DNA of 64,000 nt from Octopus sinensis (lineage: Eukaryota), in assembly GCF_006345805.1 (NCBI RefSeq), contig NC_043011.1, positions 16,814,464 through 16,878,463 on the forward strand, written 5' to 3'. Positions 47,565 to 60,500 of this stretch are shown here, in pieces; the first letter of the stretch is position 1; the number at the start of each line of letters is the position of its first letter. Made by a program: the position numbers and the translations under genes. Below the pieces are notes generated by a model, which worked only from the letters and a program-made list of their open reading frames with translations, did not search any database and was not told where the DNA came from.

Positions 47565-47886
47565 TATAAAATATTATTTGAGACAAAACCACTATTTTGC
47601 AAAACAAACAAGGAAAGACTTAATCAATACATAAAATTTAATAAATAGTCAAAAAAACCGCCACTACAATCGTTTCTTGTCTTGATCGACAATCTTCAGG
47701 TGGACTTCCAATAATTCAGTTACAAATTATAACTGAATTATTGGAAGTCCACCTGAAGATTGTCGATCAAGACAAGAAACGATTGTAGTGCGGTTTTTTG
47801 ACTATTTATTAAATTTTATGTATTGATTAAGTCTTTCCTTGTTTGTTTTGCAAATAGTGGTTTTGTGTCTCAAATAATATTTTATA
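47565..47886. repeat. Near-perfect fold-back palindrome, about 158-bp arms with a 7-nt loop, hammerhead-like core in each arm
   Basis: Centre cagtta-caaatta-taactg; CTGAAGA ttgtc gatcaa gacaa GAAA at 47753-47779 and mirrored at 47699-47673. Confidence 0.93.
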
Positions 47887-47902
47887 TATATATATATATA
47901 TA

Positions 47903-48382
47903 TATAAGCGGGAAAGAAGCAACAAGAATGGATAGGTTTTTAGTACAATCGTTTCATACAAGGACAGGCTTTATTAAAAGTTGTAAAATTACCATATAAA
48001 CGTGTCCCGTACTCATCAGCTAAAATACATGTGAGTTCTCTAGACATCCTAGTGGTTGAGGCTATACTCATGAAGTAATGTAGATAATTAGTAACATAAA
48101 CATAAACAGATTTCCAAAGTTCATTACAGTTCTTTAAGATGATGTACAGTCTTATCACAGAATTTTAAAAGTTTTAATAGCATCACAGAGAAGGTGACCT
48201 AATCCATAGAGCACATATGAATTTCCAGAGATATGATGAGGGATTACATACTCACAGAAGACAAATTTATCCATTGTTAATCACAACGAGGTGGGTCTCA
48301 ATTCCTGCTTATAAAGCCTGTCCTTGTATGAAACGATTGTACTAAAAACCTATCCATTCTTGTTGCTTCTTTCCCGCTTATA
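47903..48382. mobile_element. Element with perfect 72-bp inverted repeats, PLE pLTR-like
   Basis: 47903-47974 is the reverse complement of 48311-48382. Confidence 0.8.
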
Positions 48383-48489
48383 ATCACCCCGCATTACTGT
48401 ATTGTTAAAACGGTATGGTTTTTTTTGGTGCATCTAAGTTAGGTACCATATTCAAGTAAATTCATTTAAATTAACTTGAATCTTTATTG

Positions 48490-48524
<35 letters not shown>

Positions 48525-48714
48525 CAAAATAGGACAAGAATGCAAAGCATCCGGACAGTTAGGTGATATAAAAATGGGACAACAAAGCATCCAGATAAAC
48601 GATACAAAGAAAACAAGGACGGGTCATTTGAAGTTTTCTTTCCTCAGTCAAGTACCAGATTATCTTTGCAATTTCAGCTTATCATGTACATATATATATA
48701 TGAAGTGTTTCTTT

Positions 48715-48850
48715 CAGTGTCTATCTTCCAAATCCACTCATAAGGCTTTGGTTGGCCCAAGGCTGTAATAGAATACATTTGCTAAGGTGACATGCAGTGG
48801 GATTGAACTCCAAAGTATGTAGTTGGAAAGCAACCATCTTACCACAGAGC
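48715..48850 (-). mobile_element. SINE part B, degenerate
   Basis: ccaaatccactcataaggctttggttggcccaaggct...cttaccacagagcc. Confidence 0.65.
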
Positions 48851-48862
48851 CATGCTTGTACC

Positions 48863-48901
<39 letters not shown>

Positions 48902-49571
48902 ATAGATACATACACACATATATATTTAGATTTATCGGTATAGGCACATGCATATCTGCATATTCATTTTTTTAGTTTACAGGCATGAGTATCGAGGTTT
49001 GTGTGCCAGTGTGTTTTGTTGTCATGTATCGACACCAGGAAAAACACTTGTGCATCAAACATATTCGTTTTTCTGCCAGTTTTGTCTCTTTGACTAATTT
49101 GCCTATCTTCTCTTCTGGGGGGTCGATAAAATAAGCAGCAGGCCATGTACAGAGGTCGATATAATCAACTAAAATCCTTCAAGGTGGTGTCCTAGCTATG
49201 ACACAGTTCAATGGCTTTACTAGAAAACTAAATTCAATTACATTTCGCATTGATATAATTGCTCTTTTATCGAACATCGAATATTGATTTATTACATTAA
49301 ATATTGATAAATATTACTACCGTTTGATATTAGACATTACAAGCACCAATTTGAGACAAAGAAAAACAAACAGTATATATAAACAATAATATAAAAAACA
49401 GACACATATATATACATATACACATATTTATACTTAAATATATATATATATATATATACATACATATGAATATATAAATATATACATACATTTACACATG
49501 AAGATATATATATATATATATATATATGAAATTTAAATATATATACATATGAATATATAAATATATTATAC

Positions 49572-49610
<39 letters not shown>

Positions 49611-49794
49611 ATATACATATGATATATATATATATATTATATATATTACATATATACATATGAATATATATATATATATATACTTATGAAAATATAAGTA
49701 TATTATAAATATATATATACATACATATGTAAATATAAATATTATATGAAAATGTGAGCGTGTGTGTGTGCCGTGTGTGTGTGTATGTGTTACT

Positions 49795-50380
49795 TTAGCA
49801 CAAGATTGATTTAAATGAATTAAGATTATAACTATCTGAGAAGCAAGACGAAAGAAGAGAGTCCCATGAGAGTAAAGAAACTACTAGAGTAGAAACTTTT
49901 CTAAGAAGTGCAGACAACTACAGTGAAATGAAGAGAATTAGTAGAAAGATGAGTTGATCGATTATTAATCTTAAGAGGAGCAACAGGGGAAATAATTTCA
50001 TCAAAATTACAACCAGTGAGGTATTTATAGAAAACAGATAAATAAGCAATGTCTCTGTGATAAAAGAGAAGATGAAGTTTTTTTGGTGAAACAGTGACCA
50101 GCTGTGTTGTAGAAACCCATGTTGAACTCGGTCAAGAAGAGCAGCCTCAATGTGACAACAGAGTTTGGGACAAAGGTGTTTTAGAGACTTATGAAAGAAT
50201 ATGGTAATGCTGAATTCAATAATGGGAACCAGCCTTTTATAAGTGGTTGGTTTGGCAATAGATCTGATTTAATTCTTCTAAGTATAAACTCAAGAATAAG
50301 TTAAATCTAAAAAATTAAGACTACATGGTTCAGAAGAAACAGTATCAAATATAGAAATAAGAATATCATCTGAAGCCAGC
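49795..50380 (-). mobile_element. CR1/L2-group LINE 3' ORF remnant
   Basis: Minus-strand translation SVFYKYLTGCNFDEII...KSFYSSSFF resembles CR1/L2 C-termini. Confidence 0.5.
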
Positions 50381-50830
50381 TAACCGGCTTCCGTGACAGT
50401 GGCACTTAAAAGGCACCATTCGAGCGTGATCGTTACCAGTGTCGCCTTACTGGCACTCAAGCCCCATGCTAGTAGGGTATTAAGAGCAGCATCCGAGCAT
50501 GATCGTTGCCAGAGCAGCTATCTGGCCTCCATGCCAGTGGCACATAAAAGACAGCATTGGAGCATGATCGTTACCAGCATTGCCTTACTGGCAGCTGTGC
50601 CAGTGGTATGAGTAAAACATTCGAGCGAGTTCGTTGACAGTACCACCTGACTGGCCCTGTGCCAGTGGCACGTAAAAGCACCCACTACACACTCTGAGTG
50701 GTTGGCATTAGGAAAGGCATCCAGCTGTAGAATCACTGCCAGATCAAGATTGAAAACCTGGTGCAGCCATCTGGTTCGCCAGCCCTCAGTCATTCATAAC
50801 CCATGCTAGCATGGAAAGCAGACGTTAAAC

Positions 50831-50866
<36 letters not shown>
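50380..50866 (+). mobile_element. RTE 3' UTR/tail fragment with internal subrepeats and (GAT)n tail
   Basis: Repeated gtggcac...cgagcatgatcgttaccag units, then cactacac...catggaaagcagacgttaaac(gat)n. Confidence 0.8.
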
Positions 50867-51124
50867 CTAAGTTCCTGCAATGATTAATGGAAACAAATAT
50901 GTTTTGTACAGTCAAAAATAACCAATCACCAGGTACTCCATTCAGACTGCTGACCATTTTCATTTGCTTACATAAATTAACTTTTTCATTCAACTAAAAA
51001 GACAAAGATGTGTTATGAGCAAAGTTAGTTATATTAGGGATGATGTTATCTGGAAGATCATTAAGAATAAGGTCATTTCTAGCTTTTGTTCATATTTAGC
51101 TGTTTGATAATATTTACTCTTCAC

Positions 51125-51317
51125 TCGATTACTTGTTTCAGTCATTTGACTGTGATCATGCTGGAGCACCGCCTTTAGTCAAGCAAATCGCCCCCAGGAC
51201 TTATTCTTTGTAAGCCTAGCACTTATTCTATCAGTCTGTTTTGCCGAACCGCTAAGTTATGGGGATGTAAATACATCAGCATCGGTTGTTAAGCAATGTT
51301 TGGAGTACAAATACAGC

Positions 51318-51353
<36 letters not shown>

Positions 51354-51400
51354 TATATGACGGGCTTCTTTCAGTTTCTGTCTACCAAATGCACTCACAA
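51125..51400 (-). mobile_element. B-C SINE, 5'-truncated
   Basis: cttgtttcagtcatttgactg...catgctggagcaccgcctttagtc, a (TA)n tract, then cgggcttctttcagtttctgtctaccaaat. Confidence 0.78.
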
Positions 51401-52458
51401 GTTCCTGATACCTGTCAGTAAGTTTTATTATTAAAATTCATAAAGTTGTTTTGGAGAATAAATTTTAGGCCCTCAATGATGAATTCTTTTTTTTTTTATT
51501 CTTTCCGGGATCTCATTGGGATATTTATCTAGCCAGAATTTAATACAGATGCACATATACACACACATGTGCACACACAGCACCATGACAAATACCAATC
51601 ACACACATACATACAAACACATACACACACTAGCGCACACACAACACACTAACAAACATTAACCACACACATGCACACACACAAACGTGCACACATATAC
51701 ACACCATCCTACCAAATATTAAACATACACAGACACATCTACTTACACCACAATAAACCTTGGGATCAATCAAAAACGGCCCACACACAAACACAAACAC
51801 ATGTATATATATATTATATACACACACACACAAAGACACACACACTCACACCATTCTGACCTCTAAAGACCAATTCCCCAAACCACTGAATATTGAAAGA
51901 GAAACAAAAACTTCTTTTCAATTCCACATTACTCTTCCTTCCCCCCACCCAAACACACCTACACTGTCCCTTGAAATAGAAAATAGTCTTTAATGATAAT
52001 ATGGTGAATCAGGTCAATTAAAACTAAATATATCTCCCTCATTGTACATTTATATACTACCAAAATGCAACCTTTTTGAACTTATAATTTTCTGTGTATA
52101 TATATACAGATACAATACCAATATTCCTCTGAACTTTTTAATAATTATTTCTGTAAACTGTTTTTAACATTCTCTTATTATTATCAAAGAATGTATATAT
52201 GTATTGTAATCTTTTGTAACCAATATTTTAATGAACATATCAAATTTTTAAATATTTTCTCAAGATTTTCCCTTGGAAACTGTTTTTAACATGTTATTAT
52301 TATTATTATCAAAGAATGTATATATGTATTGAAATATTTTGTGACAACCAGTACCTAACACATCATGTTACTTTTGACAATCTTTTTCTAAAAAAGTGAA
52401 ACCGGTCAAGTAAATAAACATCTTTTAAAATTGCATTTTCAAACCTTCTTTCACGTAT

Positions 52459-52512
<54 letters not shown>

Positions 52513-53115
52513 TGAGTGCAGCGTTACTCGGGCGACAGCCTATATAATAGTTTTACCATGCTATATACATTTTCGCATTTTATTTGTAAGCTTCAGATTT
52601 CCAGCAACATGTCATCTTTCACCTCTTAATTGTGTTACTTGTTCTTATTTACGATTTCAATGTAAATCCAAAACTTCATTATAAACAAATGTTCGGTTTT
52701 TTTCCCCCCAGAAGGTGCATAAATAAAGATCACGTGGACTTCCAACTCTGACATGTGCAACATACAGTTGCCCATGAGAGAAACAATGTTCATTCATGTA
52801 GCTCAACAACAGATAAAGTTTGTTTTTGACATTTATTTAAAAACATAACAAAAGTTGGGTTTTACTGGAAACAGACTGCCTTTTAAATATTTCTGTCTCA
52901 GACGCAAACGAGAATATTCTGAGTGTAAATGCATCTCTTTCATAAAATAACCTGTCAAAATAGTAACCCAAATATAATATGAAACATAACTGCATATGTG
53001 CTGCACTGACTCTTTTCTAAAATTTGTGTCATTTTTTCAGCAAGAGTGACATAGTATCGAACAAAATGATACCATCATCCACGACTTCAAAAAATAATAT
53101 GAATATGGTTTGGAG

Positions 53116-53536
53116 ATCTTTTCGGTTTGAACGGCAGTTTTTTAAAATAATTTCCACGTAACTAAACACTTTTGAACTTCGTATACTGGTAGAGTGTGTT
53201 TATAAAACATCTTTTTCTCTTGGCTTTATTGAGAAAATTCTATAGTTTCTAAGATATTTGTTGTTTTTTCTTCAATTTCTGCAATTTCAACCAATCAATG
53301 ACGTCTATTGAGGTGAAAACATTCTGTGCCATATGAATATGTCCCTCATTTAAGAAACAGATTGGGTTTATTTACATTTGCGAAGAAAAAACGATACCCT
53401 TCCCCCCACCCTAACCCTAACTAACCCTAACCCTAAAACAGATTGAAATGCATTAGATCGATACTAGGGTCATAATTATGGGTGACAATTTCATATGACA
53501 CCGCTAGGTAAAAACTGCCGTTCAAACCGAAAAGAT
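53116..53536. mobile_element. Non-autonomous TIR element (about 27-bp TIRs) containing telomere-like (CCCTAA)n
   Basis: atcttttcggtttgaacggcagttttt ... aaaaactgccgttcaaaccgaaaagat; ccctaaccctaactaaccctaaccctaa near 53409-53436. Confidence 0.85.
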
Positions 53537-54139
53537 ACCGGTTTTGTTCAATAATTTTCAATGAATTTGATAAGGTACTTTGCTTTCAGTTTAAACTTTA
53601 GCTGATAGAAGTCTAAACATTACCAATTTCCTTTTTAGAAATCTGCCTTTCTCACTTTGCGATAGATGGCTGCTTGAGCACAATTTTATAAACACTAAAG
53701 ATAAAATGAATATTTTTCAATGACTATAATAAAGTACTTCACCTTCAATATTGACTTGAGACGTCTTCTTTGTGAAACAGAAGTGATATGACTTTGCATT
53801 TAGCAGACGGTAACTTATTTACGTCTGGTCATAAAGAGAAAGAAGCCAAATAAAGAAATGATACTTTGGTTGCTTCCGAATAATTTTGGTTTAATTTCTG
53901 TTTGTTAAATATCTGAGAGAGAGAGAGAGTGAGTGAGAGAGAGGTGGGGAAACAAAAAGTGAAAAGACAAAAAAGTGTGGGTGATGTTGAGTTGCAAACA
54001 GGAAACTAGAAAGAGGTATTAAAGATTGATCGATAAACACAGAGAGAGAGAGAGAATAACATAATGAGTTTGACTTACCTGTAAAAATCATTGTGGGTTG
54101 GGGGGGTATAGTAATTACATGTGTACGTATAATCCTTTC

Positions 54140-54595
54140 TACTGGAGGCACAAGGCCTCAAATTTGTGGGGGAGGGAACTAGTCAATTACATCAACTTCA
54201 GTGTACAACTGGTACTTAATTTATCAACCCGAAAGGATGAAAGGCAAAATCGAACTCGGCGGAATTTGAACTCAGAACGTAAAGACAGTTGAAATACCTA
54301 TTTCGTTACTACCCACAAGGAGCTAAACACAAGAGAGGACAAACAAGGACAAACAAAGGTATTAAGTCGATTACATCAACCCCAGTGCGTAACTGGTACT
54401 TAATTTATCGATCCCCAAAGGATGAAAGGCAAAGTCGACCTCAGCGGAATTTGAACTCAGAACGTAGCGGCAGACGATATACCTATGTCTTTACTACTCA
54501 CAAGGGGCTAAACACAGAGAGGACAAACAAGGACAGACAAACAGATTAAGTCGAAATACCACTAAGCATTTTACCCGGTGTGCTAATGCTTCTGC
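54140..54595 (-). mobile_element. Cluster of nested or tandem family A SINE pieces
   Basis: aaaggatgaaaggcaaa...cggaatttgaactcagaacgta occurs twice and ggacaaacaaggac occurs twice. Confidence 0.8.
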
Positions 54596-54666
54596 CACCT
54601 CCCTGCCATTAATGCCACCTCCCTGCCATCAATGCCACCTTCCTGCCATCAATGCCACCTCCCTGC
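54593..54666 (+). repeat. 20-bp minisatellite, 3.7 copies
   Basis: tgccacctccctgccat(t/c)aa repeated. Confidence 0.9.
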
Positions 54667-54949
54667 AAGCTTCACTCTCTCTTCTCTTTGTGTCTCTCTG
54701 ACTGTAACTCTTTTACTACTCTTCACATATTTCTGATCCTCTACTCCTACTCTAACCTTTCATCACCTGGCACTAAACCACCTCCCTCTTTAGAAGTCTT
54801 GTATTGCAAGGTACTGGGTGACCTCACCGCTGCTGAAACCATGTGAAAAGCACCCAGTACCTCTGTATAGTGGTTGGCATTAGGTGGAGCATTCAGTCAT
54901 AGAAAACAGGCCAAAGAAGAGATTAGAGCTTGGGGTAGTTTTCTGACTG

Positions 54950-56225
54950 GGTACTGAAACAGTTGCTCAATCACTCAGATGTGGACATGATATATCTCAA
55001 GTTTGCAAAAGCCTTCAATAAAGTTGATCATGGAGTGATATGTTACAAACTGCATGATCTCGGCATAGTCGGGAAATTGGGAGAATGGCTGCATGACTTT
55101 CTGAAGGATAGAAGTCAGGTAGTAGCCAGTGGGGCCATCTCCAATGACATGCAAATAATGAGTGGTGTTCAGCAAAGTACTGTTTTTGGGACCACTACTG
55201 TTCATAATGGCCCTCTCAGATACGCCTTCAGCCACACAGAGAGCTACGATCACAAGTTATGCAGATGATACAAAAGTCTCATAGGTGATACAGAACCATG
55301 AAGATGGTATGCACCTGGAATATGAGTTGGATGAAATATACAAGTGGACTGAGAAGAATACCATGCAGTTTAATGCTGCAAAGTTTCAAACCTTATACTA
55401 TCAGCATGCAAACCTAAATGCAATACCAATTAAATAGACTGGACCTGGAGGGATTGCAATCCCAGAGACACAGTCAGTGTGAGATCTGGGCATTTACATG
55501 AGTAATGATGCATCCTTCCATGTGCATGTTGCTAAGTTGGCAATGAAATGCAGGTGGCTGAGCGGATGGATTCTTAGAACTTTTAGAATGAGAGATCAGG
55601 AAATCATGATAGTCCTCTGGATGGCACTTGTCCTAAGCTGCTTTGTCTATTGCTCCCATCTATGATCACCAACCAATGTAAAATTAATTGCAGAACTTGA
55701 GGCAATCCAACGAAGCTACATGAGAAAGATAGCATCTATGCAGCATATTAGCTACTAGGAAAGACTCAGAGCATAGGCAGGGGAAAATATGCCATAATAT
55801 ACATCTGGAAGATCCTAGAGGGACTTTTACCAAACTTTGGCATTGAGAGTTGCACTAATGCTAGAACAGGACACCACTGCATAGTGCCAAAGACTCCAAA
55901 TTTTCCATCAAAATATAGTACAAGATATTGCAAGAGCCTGGGCTTTAAAGGACCACAGCTCTTTGATATCCTCACTAAGGACCTGAGAGACCTACACAGG
56001 ATGGATGTAAGGGTCTTCAAAATGAAACTAGATCTCTTACTGTCAAGCGTCCCAGATGAATCAACTTCACAGCAGGAAGTGCAGATGAGGGTGGTGTCAT
56101 CAAACTCCTTCGTGCACCAAACATCAATTTCTAAAAAGAATTAACAAAGTAGAATTATGTAGCAACACCAAATGGTGGTGCCCCAGCATGGCCACAGCTT
56201 ATGAGTTGAAACTAGATCAAATCAA
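54950..56225 (+). mobile_element. CR1-clade LINE, 5'-truncated, degenerate RT and 3' end
   Basis: DMIYLKFAKAFNKVDHGVICYKL, SGVQQSTVFG, YADDTK-like region; 3' end ggtggtgccccagcatggccacagc...gaaactagat(caaat)n. Confidence 0.85.
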
Positions 56226-56278
56226 ATCAATCATATATATTTATATATACATACATACACACACACATATATATATAT

Positions 56279-56331
<53 letters not shown>

Positions 56332-56369
56332 CAAGCAAATATATACATGTGTGTGTGTGCATATATGCC

Positions 56370-56376
56370 ATCATTG

Positions 56377-56410
<34 letters not shown>

Positions 56411-56990
56411 TTAACGTCCATTTTACATGCTAGCATGTGTTGGACGGTTTGACTGAGGTCTGGAGAGCCAGCAGCTGCACCAGGCTCCAATCTGATCTGG
56501 CAATGTTTCTACAGCTGGATGCTCTTCCTAATGCCAACCACTCCGAGAGTGTAGTGGGTGTTTTTTACATGCCACAGCCATATTCAGATGGTGTTTTTAC
56601 ATTCCACAGGCATGGGAGCCAGTCAGGGGGCACTGGCATCGATCATGTTTAGATGGTACATAACACCAGAACAGGAGCCAGTCAGTGGGCACTTGCCACA
56701 GCTACGATTTTGGTTTTTCTTGACTCAGCAGGTCTTCTCAAGCATTACCCAATGCATCAAGGGTACTTTTGAATGGACCAGACATGCAACATTGACATCA
56801 ATCACAGCATATCTCCAAGTCTCCTGTCATTGCCTCTGTGAGACCCAACATTTGAAGGTCATGCTTCACCACCTCATCCCATGTCTTCCATAGGTTTCTT
56901 CCACAGCTAGGGTGGGGCACTTCCTCATACAGCTGTCCTCATCCATGCGTAACACATAACCATACCAGTGCTGTGTTTATATATCAATAA
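56370..56990 (-). mobile_element. RTE LINE 3' end (ORF end, 3' UTR, (GAT)n tail), relative of the 15549-19551 element
   Basis: Minus-strand WYGYVLRMDEDSCMRKC and the shared tail; (cat)n on + at 56370-56408. Confidence 0.82.
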
Positions 56991-58479
56991 TGAAATTCCA
57001 GTAAGCTAAGTTGGTTTTAGCTGTCATTTCTAATTAAAATAGTAACCATAAAACCAAAGCACACATATAGGACTGCACTGCTTTTGCTGTTGTTTTGCAC
57101 CAGGCTGTCCCTGAACCAATAGACCTTTATGCGTTCCAGACCTGGCCAACTGGTCCTTGTTTGTCGTGTCTAGGGCTCTGCTATGCAATAGGACATCTTT
57201 CTCCTTAATATAGTTGGATGCAATTTGATGATGATTTTTTTGGCTACTATTTCTTGAAGGTTACATGATCATGTAGTGACTTTCTTGTTGGCTTAAGTAT
57301 ACTAATTTTTGATCTGTTTCGTGTGGCTTTCACAAGTTTAATTATTTTTACTTCTCTTTCTGATGTCACTGACATAGCCAAGTTTCTACTGTGTTCATAA
57401 TGTTGTTCATAACAAAGAATATATATGATGCACACAGGCGGTGTTTTAGAAAACATAACCAGCCAGTCAAGAACTACTGGTTATTTTATGTTTCTATAAT
57501 ACCTCATAGATTTGAATGAAATTATAATAATAGAAGTTAAGAGTTTGTTACAGCAAAAGATTTTGATAGTGTATTAAAAGGATGAATTACCATTATTATT
57601 TTGATAGTTTTATATTTCAAATACAACTTACTGATAATTAGATACATTCTCAAGTACTGGTATTAAGAGTGTCGAAAGAATTTAACAGAATAGTTCAGGT
57701 GTAAACTATATCAATACTCAGCTTATATTCATCATCTCTGTGCAACAAATAGACTATTAGTTGTCTATCTTCCACAATCTACAGTAATGATCTCTTTTAA
57801 ATATTGATTTCTTTTAAAGTTTGGCATAAACCCAAGATTCCGCACCATTCATACAAACATCATAAATGAAATGAATCATGAGCTACTTAAAGTAGCCTCT
57901 ACAGGGTTGTTTGACCTGCTAGAAATATCTTCCAAATCTCCCTGGAAACACATCCTAACACCTTAAAAATAGTAATGTCACTTTAAATTGTTGCAACTGT
58001 TGCCTATTGGATGCATATAAAATAATAAGCAACGCTCACAAACAATTAATAGAAGCTTTATTTATTGCACAAAGTGTTTTCTATTTTGGCCATGAGATGA
58101 CGAATAAAGACAACAATTTATATACACTGCGAGAGACAATTCTGGGGTCCATGACAAAATAGTTGGTACATATTGATTTGTGAATTAGGCCATCACAACT
58201 GAGGAAATATTCCACAAAATTCATGATAGCAAATCTGTACCCTCACTCTGCACAGCCAGAGAATGAACATAAATATCTTGGCATTCTGAGGGTACCACTG
58301 AAACTCTACCTTCTATAAGGGTCATAAGAAGGTTCTAGAAAGCTGAAGCACATGATAACTTGAAGCAGACTGGTTGGTTAATCGGTCAACCACGTGAAAC
58401 AATAGTGAACTCAATGCAGCATTCACATGGATGTCCAGCGATTTGGTTCTGAATCTGCTACAAGATATAATGGATGGAA

Positions 58480-58855
58480 GCACTCCGTCGGTTACGACGA
58501 TGAGGGTTCCGGTTGATCTGATCAACAGAACAGCCTGCTCGTGAAATTAACGTGTAAGTGGCTGAGCACTCCACAGACACATGTACCCTTAACGTAGTTC
58601 TCGGGGATATTCAGCATGACACAGAGAGTGACAAGGCCAGCCCTTTGAAATACAGGTACAACAGAAACAGGAAGTAAGAGTGAGAGAAAGTTGTGGTGAA
58701 AGAGTACAGCAGGGATCACCACCATCCCTGCCGGAGCCTTGTGGAGCTTTAGGTGTTTTCACTCAATAAACACTCACAACGCCCGGTCTGGGAATCAAAA
58801 CCGCGATCCTAAAACTGCGAGTCCGCTGCCCTAACCACTGGGCCATTGCGCCTCC
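58480..58855 (-). mobile_element. Full-length family D tRNA-derived SINE
   Basis: A box tggcccagtgg, B-box-like ggttttgattcc, body ending gtcgtaaccgacggagtgc. Confidence 0.88.
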
Positions 58856-59162
58856 ACACAAGATATAATAGTCTTGGTTACACTCACTGGTCACAGCTGA
58901 AATACATTTGGCTGTAGATTTCTTTAGTTATAACTGACCTGGAATCAAGCAACAACATGAAGGGGATTAGGTTCTACTCAGAATGGAAACTATTTTAATT
59001 AAAGAACCAATGTGAGACTCTCTACGTGATCACTCATCCTACCAGAAATAGCAGCTAAATCTATTTCAGACACACCCAGAATTGAATAGTGTAGTTTAAT
59101 TTCCACCATATCAAAAGAAGTCTGGTCTCAGTTATGATGCATTTGACCATAGGTCTGCTTAA

Positions 59163-59382
59163 CCCTTTTGTTACCGTATTTATTTTGAGATGCTCTGTGT
59201 TTCTTTCAATTACTTTAAATATAACAAAGAATTTAGTCAAATAACTTAGTTATCATTCAGCTAGCATTAGAAACATGAATTGTGACTAAGGTTTGGTGTA
59301 AGATTTTAATTCAAAACTTATGAAAACAAGACATTTGTACTCAGAACCAGAGTCAGTTTCAGCCGGCTTAGTAACGAAAGGG
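59163..59382. mobile_element. piggyBac-like MITE, 220 bp, TTAA target-site duplication
   Basis: TTAA|cccttttgttac ... gtaacgaaaggg|TTAA. Confidence 0.88.
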
Positions 59383-60010
59383 TTAATCAAGCTTGGAATA
59401 GAACTAAACAGCAACAAAAGCATAAAATGAATGAGATTCTAATCAGAACTGAAACTAGGTGATTAATTATTAAATTTATTAATTATAAAACTGTCTATAT
59501 TATTCAAATAACTGCTAAATCTCTTTGAAATCATAGCTTTAGCATTTTTTAAATGGAAGGCTATGTTAGGGTGTATGGAAGGGTATTTAATATCTAATGA
59601 TACTATATTGACCAATATATAGCTTGGTCATGGTTTGACTGTATTTGACGACAAGTTTTAGTGGAGATGACAAGGGGCTAAGTAACAACATCAATTTGAA
59701 GTGAATCAAATTTTATTAAGAATTGAAACTAGACTGCTCAGTCCAATGAATAGCTGTTCACCACAGGTGTCATTTAGATACAAATAACTGGGTTTGTCTG
59801 CTTTAAAATGCCAATAAAAATTTCATTTTCCTATAAAACTCATTTAGATATTGTTACTATTGGTGAACACTTTTGTTGCACATCAGTAATTATCAAAGAG
59901 GTTTTCAAGTAATTCTTGAGAACTTCTTTCTCTGTGTTGTTCAGTCACTATTGATTTTTAAATAGATACACTCTATTTTATTCATAAATGAATTCATAAG
60001 AAACAATAAG

Positions 60011-60054
<44 letters not shown>

Positions 60055-60356
60055 ACAATAATAATAATAACTTTATAAAACGCTAATGGCAAAAGAAGTT
60101 TAATTCTCTACAAAGACATACAATGTACAATATTTGTGCTGAGAAATCTTTTTAATAGCACTACTGATCTAATTTAAAATCTGATTCCTTTCTAGGCAAA
60201 ATTATTTGAAGTCATAAATCTTAATAAAATACAATACATTTAATTGCTCGTCAAATAAAAAATGTTGACAAATAATATTTATGGTTGCCACTTAAATTCC
60301 ATGAGAGGAATTGTATCAGCTGACTCAGACTTCTTATTCTTTGGTTGACATTACTT

Positions 60357-60452
60357 TTCTTCCTTTCTTTTTTCTTCCTTTCTTTCTTCCTTTCTTTTTT
60401 TCTTCCTTTCTTTCTTTCTTTCTTTCTTCCTTTCTTTCTTTCTTTCTTCTTC

Positions 60453-60485
<33 letters not shown>

Positions 60486-60500
60486 TTTCTTTCTTTCTCA
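60357..60500. repeat. (TTTC/TTCC)n polypyrimidine microsatellite
   Basis: Read directly. Confidence 0.93.

Noticed and set aside
58130-58480. Possible hAT transposase remnant on the minus strand (EPNRWTSM, MDPR)
   Set aside because: Only short weak motifs among many stops.
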